DNA of 64,000 nucleotides, taken from assembly GCA_964252035.1 (NCBI GenBank), contig OZ176200.1, one strand, 5' to 3'. The notes beneath the pieces were generated by a model. That model did no database searches. It was not told the origin of the DNA and saw only the letters and a program-made list of their open reading frames with translations. Positions 21,401 to 33,100 of the stretch are shown here, piece by piece. Position 1 is the stretch's first letter. Each line of letters begins with the position of its first letter. The DNA comes from Podarcis erhardii (taxonomy: Eukaryota). The position numbers were made by a program, and so were the translations under genes.

Positions 21401-24400
21401 ATCCTCTAACCTGTGCCCTTTCAGATGTTGTTTGACTCCCACCACAGCCAACAATGCCTGTGGTCACAAATGATGGGAGTTGTAGCTGTAGCTAAATATT
21501 AGGCTAGTCTAGGTAGATATGCAACTTCCTTGTTGAACTAGGGATGGTTGTCTGAGGCAGAGACGCAACCTGAACTTTGGGGAAATGTGGTCATTTCTGA
21601 TACCAGGCAGTGTTGTAATGTTGCTTTCAAAGACAATGGAAATGCCATGTCCTTATCCCAAGTGATCATCCAGATTACATGCCATAGGCTATTCTGAATT
21701 TAACCTTTGGGACGCCTATCTTTTATTACTGTGGGCTTGGGGCCCTTGATATGCATTGACAATTCTGGGGTTCTCTGGAGTCTATAAGTATGAAAGTTGC
21801 TGGAATAACTTGTGATGGGGAGCATTGATTAGTAAATCTTTTGGTTTCCTTTCTTTGTTTGATTCTGCTTTAGGCTGAATTATTGGAAATGATTGTTAAT
21901 ACTTTTGAATTCAATTATTTCAGTGTCTGATGAGCAATTATCATGCTGTACTCCAGTGATTGATTTGGGGAAAGCCTCTTAAGGCTTTCTTTCTGTGTTC
22001 TTGCAGCAGCATTTTTAAAACTGGGAGACTGCCATTGAGCATGTGTCTATGTGTTGTAGTGGGACTTTGGGACACTCTAGGTAAAGGATAGGGAACCTTT
22101 GGCTCTCTAAATGTTGTTGGTCTACATCACCCATCAGTCCTGGCCAGCATGGCCAATGGTCAGGGATGATTGGAGTTGTAGTCCCAACAACATCTGAAGG
22201 ACCCAGGTTCAGCATCATTGCTCTAGGATCTGGCCTAGGGCTGTCCTTTGGCGATGTACATTCTTTTGCCTCAAATGGAGCATGCTTACTTTCCTGTAAT
22301 CTACAGGAACTTCTCTTCCTGCTTCTGCCTCTGTATGTTTGCTGGCTTTTCAGAGGTATTGACCAAGTAATGAGGGATTTGATTTCCTGAATTATTGTTT
22401 TGTTTTGTTTTAGTTCTGCCAAGCAAGAAGCAGTCCTTGATCCCAGAAGTGTTAGGAACTGAAGTTATTTCTTAAACTCCCCTGTGACTGGCTACTCTTG
22501 GGTCTCAAAACTTGTGTGAAAGAGGAGTGGGACAGGTGGTGGATCTGAGTTCTTAAATCCTAGAGCATTCTATTTTCTATTTTCTATATATCAGGACCAA
22601 TATTAAGGACCTTGAAATGGACATGGGAACACTCAGTTTTGTAACTGAAAATGGGTTCACTGACTTTTCAGTATTAGCAATATCCTGTTGTTTAAATGTC
22701 TGGTGGTATGAAAAAGCTACTGTTTACCTTTTCATGCATACCTTGTATGGGAAACCTGACATATAAAAAAGCAATAGTTCATCCAGATTGTAGCAGAGTC
22801 TAGAAAGGGAGGAGGGGGGAAAATCAACTTCTAGATTTATCTAGTTAACAACTAGGTAAACATGTTTTTGAGCTTGTTGTAGTTGTGAGTGTATGCAACT
22901 CTGTGTGTGTGTGTTGGAACTTTTCTGTCCAGCCCTGTCAGCTCAGTCCTTAAGATTATTCTGGTTAAAGGACTTTGGTTATTATGGTATAATGTAACTT
23001 TGTTTCTGTTCCTCCAGGGCAGGGTGCACTTCATGGGGTCCAGCCAGGTAGGTGGAATACCTGGGGTCATTGGCATTTAAAGAATGTGGCATTCTTTAGC
23101 ATGACTGTGGCCTGTGGCTGGGTTATCTCAGGGGAGCCCAAATTCTGCAAAGCTGAGGGTGGCATCCCAGAACCTCAAAGTTGCACTTGATGTGCATTAT
23201 GTCAAGTAGATTGCAGTCATGCTTCTCTAAGCTGGTGGTATAGCCATCTTGGTAGCTTTCCAAACTGGATATGTGGCTTGGAAATTCCCTGGCAGAGCTC
23301 TGTGTGGACTTCAGCTTGCGGTCTTCACTTTGGGTGCCGCAGTTCTCATTTGATGCTTCAGCCTGCCTTCTTTTTTTCTTGAATGGTGATGGGTGTACTA
23401 TCCATCAGGACATGTCTCCCAGGCAGTCATTACTGCTAACTTTCCCAATCGGAAATCTTTTGCGGGTGATTTCTTCTGCAGCTAAGTTTGCAGGATATTG
23501 CATGACAGTGATGTGTGATTTATCTTATTAGGAATCTATGCAGGATGGAACGGTTGTTGCTTTATTCCCACTATGGCATCATTCAGACACAAATCTTTGG
23601 CAGAACTTGGCCTTCTTTATCCCCTGTGACCCAGCAGTAGGCTGACCCCATTGTTTGCGGAACAACCTATTCAAGTACATTTGCCTGCCATTCTCTGTTT
23701 ATTCCATAGTAGTTCTTCCATTCTTCAGCATCTCTTCTTGCAAGTGGTCACTGGCCTGCTGTATCTGCAGATCATGTCTCTGATTCTATGCTAATCATTT
23801 CTCCACCAATTTAGATGAAAGTAGATGGTTACTTTGAAACACTGACAAGTGTCAGTTCTCCACTGTACTATTTTTCTAGAAGAAGAGGTGCCAGAACTCA
23901 TCATGAACACCTCCCTTGTTCTCTTATGATGGCAACCTGAGAGGTGCTGGAACTGAGTTGTGGCTGAAAAATGCCCCTGTTCTCCATCTCTAAATGTAGC
24001 CATTGACTTTTGGCTTCCTTAGGCATCTCTGCATATATCTAGAAGCTCGATGAAGGTCATTTTGATCACAGAAGGTGGTGTAGGGGAAGCACCTTGAACT
24101 GCCAAGAACCCTGAATTTTTTCAGCCTTGTTTATGATGACAAGACTGTTTTTGTACCTTCAGAAATATAAATGCCCTAGACAAAGAGGTGCTGGCTCCTA
24201 ACTATACCACCATTGCTTTCATTTCTTTGCCTGCGTTATGTCTCAAGCCATTTCCCCAATCACTTTAAGGGTCATGTCATCAACTTGATAGTGCAGGAAA
24301 AGGAGCAGCTGTAGACTTCCTGTTTAATCAAGATATGTGACAACTCACTGTGTTATTTGCAACACGCAGTTCTCCACATTCTGCATTCTGAGAACTTCTC

Positions 24401-27400
24401 TGAGGCTTTTTAAACAATCTGTTGTTTCCTTATTCACTTAGGTTAATTTAGATGCATCCCCCCCCCCCCCATGGAAAGAATCCCTGCTGTGGGAAGTGCG
24501 GTTGTTAACCAGAGTATTCTCAGAGGAATAAAAGAACTTCTGCATGTCAAACAATGTGACGTGGACATGTTTTCCTAGATGGGGAGAATGTCAGTGTGTA
24601 TGTGTGTGTCTGTGTGAATTATAAAATGGTGCTGTGTTATAACCTAGGGTATTTTACACTTTGTACTGCAATAGCAGAACATTTCTAATTAAATGGGCTG
24701 CCATGTGCAGATGAGTACTGTAACTCCACACCTGAGGCATTGATTATTTCATTAAAAAAAAAATCTTTTCTCATTTGATTTGCATAGAAACTTGACACAT
24801 GGGTTATTGTTTCATAGTGTTCCTGAAGTTTATCACACTTTGGACTTGTTGCTCAAATTTCAAATGGCCTGGGCATTTTTCTAGATAATGCACAACATGG
24901 AAGTGCTTTAGTTTATTTGAAGATAGTCTTGTAGAAGTTGTTGTTATCGTTAGCTTTGCAGCTGTACCTGGTAACAACAGCGCCACACACCACAACTGTG
25001 CAATGGAATTTCTAATGCATATAATATTTTTATGGTTCAACATCAGCAGGGGCTTTATTTCAGATTTAAGCAGGAGCTTTTATGATAATTACAACTAACC
25101 CGTTTGGGACAAAGGCAGTTGAATAATTGCTTACTGTTGGGTGCATGCTCAATGCTCCCTGCATGGACTGATGGGACTCTAGTTGTGTCATACAAGAATA
25201 GTGTTAGGGTGTATATTTGCATTTAATGGAATGTTATGCTACCTTGACTAGAGCTTGGTCTAGAAGTAGAAGCCTATAGAAATAAGCCTTGCTTAGTCTA
25301 TGAAAAACAAATACTGGAGAACAATCAGGAGATGAACTAGAAAGAATCAGTGACTATTAAGAGGCTTCATCACTTGATTTGAGATCGCATATGGGATACT
25401 TACTTCAGGTAACCAGAAGCTTGTGGGGCAAGTGTAACCATAAACTGGCTTTTAATTGTCCAGGTCCTGAAGAGCTAGGTTTGACCTGAAGTTGTAGTCT
25501 TTCCCAACTTTAAGACCTTGAAGTGGAACCATAGTTATATGTGTACCTTTCTCTTGACACTTACAGCTGGCAATTTGAAGATCCATCCTAAATACCCCAT
25601 CTGCCTGATGTTGTTTTCTGACCCACCAGTTGGAAAATGCTGCTCTAAAGCAGTAGATGTCAATATGGTTTGATCTTGCATTGTGTTCTATTTATACACT
25701 GCCAAGTTTTGAAAATCAGTTTCTCAAAAACATCTGCACAGGACTAATTATCATAATATGTTGCATTGGTGAAAGTGACTACTATAATTCCACACCTGAG
25801 TTATTAATCTATTCAGGTTCTTTTCCCATTTCCCATTACAGAAATTCACATTGTTTGAAACTACCTCTTTGTCAAAGGAAGATTCTCCATTTCTTAATAG
25901 AACAGTTGTGGTTTGCAAAGTCAACAGATACTACCATTCAGGTCTTGCCATTCGGATTTCTTTGGGCAGGAGCATTTCTTCTTCCAACCTAATAGGGTTT
26001 CTTTTCATGATATATTGCACCATCATGCGTACCGGGAATTATTTTTGTTCTCATCAAAAAGGGGTGCAAGGCTGCAAAATATCTCATAGGAGCACCATTT
26101 TACTACATTGGTCACAAGATTGTGGCACCATTCAATGTACTGCCAGGAGCATCTGCAATCTACTCCAGTGCGTATACTGGATGTGCGTACACACAGTTCG
26201 TGGCCATTGAATATATGGGAAGCTGTTTGGAAGTCCCTTGGTTAGGTACTCTATTTTTGGGCAACCATGGGATAAACTGTTGGACATCGGTCTTGTGATC
26301 TGGCTGTAGTTTTGTACGGTCGTTCCAGATGACCTCTGCATTGCTCTTCTTTATTTCTGTCTCTGGTGGGTGCCATGTTGTCCTGCAATGTCTTCTACCT
26401 TCGCATGCTTCACATGTGTTCATGTGATGGTATATCATCCTTGCATCCCCATGGCATTTACCTGGTGCTCCCCCTCTACCTTAAGCATGTCCTTGACTTC
26501 CCGTGCTGCAGCTGTTTGCATTTTTTGTGGGGGGGGTGGAGTAAGTTTTATAGCTACATAATCTCTGTTTATGTGTTGAAGGAAGTCAAATGAGAAGAGG
26601 AAAATAGGCAGGATGAAGGGAAATCTCTTATTATAGTTAGGGTTTTAGGTGGGTAGAGTAGCATACTAGATACATAGCTTAATTGACTCTTTCTGTTCCT
26701 GTGATGTGCAGATTGTCATTCCTTTTGTGTATATACAACATACTAGAGACTGCCACTCCTACTTTCTCTGCTCTGTGAGTAAAACACTGAAAGATGTATC
26801 CATGACTTTTAGTTACAGTGGTGCCTCACAAGATGAATGCCTCGCAAGACGAAAAACTCGCTAGACGAAAGGGTTTTCTGTTTTTCGAGGTGCTTCGCAA
26901 GACGAATTTCCCTATGGGCTTGCTTCGCAAGACGAAAACATCTTGCGGGTTTGCTTCCTTTTTCGTAAAACCGTTAATACCCGGGGAATCCGCGCTCCGC
27001 AAGACGAAACAACTCGCAGAACGAATTAATTTCGTCTTGCGAGGCACCACTGTACTTCCCTCTCATGAAGGCATTTGATTTGTTTGGATCATGGGTTGTA
27101 GTTGGTATATTTAAAGCTTTTCTACCTTACTTTTTAGTAAAAAAAAAAAAGCTACTAGTGCAGCTTAGCCTAGAGATCAAAAAAACCAAGACTGTCCCTG
27201 CTTACTTTCTTAAAAACACAGAGAAAGGGAGAGAAAGTGATAAGGAAGGAAGAGGAAAACATGTAAAGTCTGGCACCAGATTGTAAAGTTACAAAGCTAT
27301 TATGAAGACCAACTGGGATAGCAAGGGTCCAGGGAGAAGAAGAGCCAAAAGGAGCTAGTTCGTTAGAATTTATGGAATGCTCCTGCTTTCCATCTCCCTC

Positions 27401-30123
27401 ATTTGTAACGTAATGGAATGGTTGCTGCTAAGTGACAGTTGAGGGTAGAGGGAAGACCAAAGGGTTGCCTTCTAAATTGGATAAATCTTTATCACCCATG
27501 AATGAGTTTTATTTACCATCCAGTATGTGTACTGAACAGACTTCATACTTTTTGTTCTTTTGAGTATGTAGAACTCACAGAATCCTGAGGCCATCTTCCT
27601 TATTTTATTTTACTTTTTAAAAAACAAAACTCTATTCCCTTCTGAGCCTGGATTAAGTATAAAGTGGGCTGGTAGTGGTAATAAATGTGAGGTAAAGGTA
27701 ATAAATGATGGTGGCTGACTTTGCAGCATGGAAGGTGTACATTTTTAACATCTTCAGTGTTATGATAGTGAAAGCCCCAAAGAGCTTTGTGGCACAATCT
27801 AGTCCCTCCTCATATGCAGAAATGTGTACCTTTGCACACATAGGAGATGGTCATTGGTACACAATTTCTTCCTCATGGGTACAGGTTTGTGTGCGTGAAG
27901 AGATTGATCCTGAGAGAGGGTGATTCAGACCAAAATTTATTGTAGCATGAATGTTCTTAGAATAGAGCTAACAGTGTCAAATGCAACCAGCTGCTGATGA
28001 GGTAACTTCTAGTGAGAAGTCCATGATCAACCAGAGCATTTAATGGCCATTCATTAATATGACCCACTTCCTTCTACAGTTTTGTCTTACTTATCAAATG
28101 CTTTTAGCTCTGCTCATTGTAAGTAGACAGAGAGGCAAGACCTGTGTTTATGTGTTGTTCTACTGATAAGTCATTATTACTGCTCTCAGCCATGGATTAT
28201 TGCAAAGGCTTTTACTGTTGTCATAAATTTCACATTAGTGGTAATTTCACTGTCACGAAATAACCAGAAAAAACCCATGGTAAGGCATTTATTGGACTTT
28301 CATGTGACAAGAGCTATATATCACCCCCAGTCCTAGTTTGTAACACTGCTGAAGCAGACTTACTAGGTCATCTGCCTCATTTGGGACTGGGGAAGAAGTT
28401 AAAGGTTATTTTACAGAGTATTTGTTCCAGGCTGATAGCACAAAATCTTGTGCTTCTGCAGTTTGCTGGTGGCTTCTTCTCACAGCTGATTCACTTTCTG
28501 ATCCATAGTGTTTCAGGCCAATTTGTCATTGTGCAGTCCTTGATTTTGTTTGTGTTCCAGTTCTTTCCTTATCTACAAGGACAGCAGGTGGTATGGAACT
28601 GTGGATACACTGGGGGGAAATGATGGACAAGGCCAATACTTTGTAAAGGATCAGTGACCTTTTCTCTGAATGTTTGTGAGGGAAGTATTGTCTTTCCTCC
28701 CCTCTCCACCTTGGAATCACAAACCTCAGCAATGCTTACTAGAATAACCCTGTGGATACTCTGCTCCTCTGGGGATATTTTAGGCTATTTCCTGCTTGAG
28801 AATCATTTCAAATTGTCTGCTCGTGATCCAAGAGTATGTGCCCCTCATAATTTCTTTTCATGCCTTGCTCTAGTCCACTTCTCACCCTTGGGTCCTCTCA
28901 AAATGCAGCCTTCTCTCCATACTGGTGAAGTTTCATGTTGCATTGTTAACTTTTTTGACAAAGCAGAGCCTTTGAACTTTCCACTAGTATCACCTTGGAA
29001 TAGTTGAGTACTCCACAAGCAGTGCTCCATTATTTGCCTATTGTGGTGTCTTCATGCTTTGTCTTTCAACCTGCTGTGATGTGTGGCATTTTTTGTCCTC
29101 AGGTGACGACAAGTATGGGCGGAAAGTAATTCTGTTCAGTGCCTGCCGGATGCCTCCCAGCTATCAGCTTGATCATGTGAAACTGCTGAGGTGAGTGCTG
29201 CTGGAGTGAACCACCTGCTTTGGTGAAGATTAGACCTGAGACTCTCCCCTGATCATTCAAATCTGTAATGATTTTGACTACATGAATTTGGGTACCAATT
29301 AACCCCCAACTAAGATATAAGTCAAAATTCCTTAAGCACTTGGTAGGAGTGCCCTTCATCAGTCTGACCCCACCCCTCTGGCTGTATATTCACTACCTCT
29401 GTGCCTGTGTTACCTATATTACTTTCCTTATGCTGTGACTGCAGGAGGCAAAGAAGCAAATACATATTTTTTAAAAACTCTGGAGCTTAGGTATGTCCAT
29501 CTCTCCTTAGCTATTTGAAGTATACATTGGACCAGTATGTTGAGAGTGATTACACCTTAGTCTATTTGCACCATGGCCTGACCAGTGAGAACAAGCCGTC
29601 CCTGAGCTGGCTGCGGGATGCCTACCGGGAATTTGACCGCAAGTAAGTGTGTGTGGCTGTGGATTTTGCAAGGGTCAAATTGCTGTGCGGGAACTTTTTG
29701 GGGTGAAAGGGTTGGCTTGGCTTCTCATCTTTCTCTCATTATTAGATACAAGAAGAACATCAAAGCATTGTACATTGTGCACCCAACAATGTTCATCAAG
29801 ACACTGCTGATTCTCTTCAAGCCCTTGATCAGGTAGGAAAGTGCAAAGGTACTTTGCTCTGTGGTGGAACTCGCTTTGGTATGAGGAGGAGTGGCTTCCT
29901 TAGGAGCCAAGTGGGGTTTTATCATCAGAATCCTGAGACTTTTTTGTTAAGTAGGTTGCTGGTAACTTGTGTATTTGTAAACACTTACTGTGATGACAGC
30001 ATCTGATAACACCTTTCATTTAATTTTACATTTTTATCCATGTCCTTCCTCCATGAAGCTTGAGGGTAGCATGCATTGTTAATCACAGTTTTATCCTCGT
30101 AACAACTCTATGAGATAGATTAG

Positions 30124-30166
<43 letters not shown>

Positions 30167-33100
30167 CTCACAGTTGCAGGTTCAGATCCCCACTTTGCAT
30201 CTCCGTGGCTTGTCAGTACACAAAATATTGGCTCTAATTTCTATAAGCTATAATTTCTATAATGTGGGGCTCCTAGAGTGTTTGTTCATTGCAAGGATAT
30301 GCATAGATGACTCATCTTATATATTCCATATCATTTTTAGACAGCTGTTGCTCACTGATGTCAGCTATATCCTGTCATAGTTGCAAGATCCCCTCCATTT
30401 TCTGTCCAAAGCTTTCAGTGTGTGCCTTGAATTGCATTATATAATCCTATGAGGTCAGAGGAAAGTGGGTATCATGTTCCTGCATACTCTTGATCTCTAG
30501 CTGAGAGTGTGGAAATTGTCCTGCAGATTAGTACTTCACTGGAGCTTGTTGCTTCCTCTTCTCTGTCTAACTGAAGAATTAGGTTTGATAAACGTTGTTT
30601 CTGACTTATGCTGAGTGACTGACCCTGACATGCAGGCCCCTGCTTGCATTGTTGTCCTTTAGTTGGCTAATAGCCCAGACTTGCTTCAGATATTTCCTGG
30701 CCTCTGCCAGAGAATGAGGAGGAAATAACAAAGGACATAACTTGTATTGTCAGCAAAATCCCCAGGTTGAGGCACCAGAGAAGTACCTTTTAGCACATTG
30801 TCAGGCCTAGCTGGGGTATTTCAGTAATGGACAAATCCCTGCCTATGTGTTGGGGAACTGCAGAGTGGTCAACTGGTACACAAGCATTGCCTCACAGTTC
30901 TCGGTACCATTTTTACCTCTTCATCTCATCTCTACAAGCCACCCACAGATGTACTAGTGCTGCTACTCTGTACCCTAATTTCTTTCTTACTGGTTTGTCA
31001 CCTGTCTTGCAGCTTTAAGTTTGGACGGAAGATTTTCTATGCAAACTACCTGAGTGACCTGGAGGAGCATGTGAAACTGGAGCAGCTGGGTATCCCAAGC
31101 CAGGTGCTAAAGTGAGAGCATGTTTAATTACTTGCTGGTGTTTAATTTTACTGTTTACTATTAGATTCTGATGGATTGTTTAATGTTGCTTTGTTTGACA
31201 TAAGTTGTTTGTTTTAAAGTTATTGTGACTTTTTATATTGGATTAGATTGTTATTGTTTGATGTTTCATTATGCTTTTATACCTGTTATTATTATTATTA
31301 TCAACAACATCATCATCATTATCCACTTTGCCTACTGGCTTACCTTTTGTTTCTGTAGAGGAGGCTGTAACAGGGAGGAGAACAGGGTGAGCAGAGAGGG
31401 AGTGGGGTGGCGAAGGGACACTGGGAGTCTGACTTGTCGGCACATACAGTATGATGTTGTGAGCTGCTGAGATGGCTCTCTCCTCTGCATGGCTTGCTCT
31501 TTATTGTCATGTGACCCTCAGAAGGTTTCCCAAGAGGGAGTGTGGCTTCGGGCTAAAAAAGGATCCTTGCAACTGATGTAGCAGAAGTAGCTTGTAAGTA
31601 CTTCTTACAAGAAGTAGCTTGTAACTAGCGTAGTGCCAGGGCCTCTGGGCTTGTGTTTACAGGATAATGGGACACCGGACACCAGCTTAGCACTTTTTGG
31701 TGTAGTTTAGAATGATTCCATACATACATGTTTGTGTCTGTCTCACACTGTAGGTATGATGAATATCTGAGATCCCTGCAGAAGCCCTCCCAAGTGCCTC
31801 AGAAAGTAACCCCACCACGCCCACCTCTGCCAAACCAACAGTTTGGAGTTTCTCTCCAGCAGTGAGTATCCTCATCTTTTTTTCTTTTCTTGGTGGATCA
31901 GTGATACCTATAGTCTATCTGTGGGTAGTTCTGGAAATGCTTTCCAATTATCTTGAATCGGCACCTGTGGTTAGCTTGACTTTTGCCAGCCTTGAGCTTT
32001 CTAGATCAGGGCCAGTGATACACTGGATATTATGTCTGATTCAAAGATGTTTCTTTGGGGGATGTTTTTAAAGTTGTTTTTTCAGTGTATCTGAAGAAGT
32101 GTGCATGCACACGAAAGCTCATACCTAGAACTAACTTAGTTGGTCTTTAAGGTGCTACTGGAAGGAATTTTTTGTTTTGTCTTTGGGGGAAGTGACAGGA
32201 AGAGTCTAAGCTTCTCCTTTCTCAACAGCTTACGGGAGAAGAGCTTGGATCAGAATCCCATTCCACTTGTGGTAAGGGAGACCATTGCCTATCTGCAGCA
32301 GCATGGTGAGTGAGCCAGGAAGAACCCTCTTCTGACTTGTCTTGTTGCTACATCCACTGTCCTTTGTCTCCCAACAGCACCCTTCTGTTGCATCAGCCTA
32401 GCCTTTTTAAGAAGCCTTAGCACAGACTCATTCTTTTTCCACTGCCCATCTTACTGTCTTTCTTGTCATTTGATTCTGGTCTTCAGAAAGACACAGCAAA
32501 ATTGAACACTAGGGAGCTGAGGGATTCTACTAACCTAATTCCCCAAGTGCCTTCTGCATAGCTGTTCCCATGCAAGTGTCCCTGTGCATGTGGCTTTCAG
32601 GATGTCCTTGTCCTGTGATATTGGGAAGACTTGCTGTTATGTGTGGTAGGTCTTCCCTGAGACTGTGCTCTTCTGTTTCTCTTTGTCCCCCAGCTCTTAA
32701 CACAGAGGGGATTTTCCGACGATCAGCAAACACCCAAACAGTCAGAGAAGTTCAGCAGAAATATAATATGGGTAAGTGCCTGCATTAGGTTCCAGAAGTC
32801 TGCTTAAGCTACTCCACTGCCCCTTTCCACCATTCTTTTTGTCTAGGCCCCAAATCTGCCCTTAGCACTTTGGACTTGTGCCCTCCCACAACGTGCTTTA
32901 ACTTCTGGAATAGATCTCTGTTTGAAACTTGACTGGAATCCAATGAGTTTATTCCTTTTGACATAAACCTATTCCAGTCTAAATCTATACCCCCTGGATA
33001 AAGGAGGTGCTTAACCTTCCACAGCAATTATGTTTGATCAATGTATAATGTGTTTCCTCTGTTTCATCCTCTGGGGTGTGTGTCTCTCCATTTCCCTAAT

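Noticed and set aside
29489-29496. AG|GTATGT as a recursive splice site 20 nt before an ARHGAP1 exon
   Set aside because: No polypyrimidine tract upstream, and the remaining 20 nt is too short for an intron; the downstream AG gives the correct frame.
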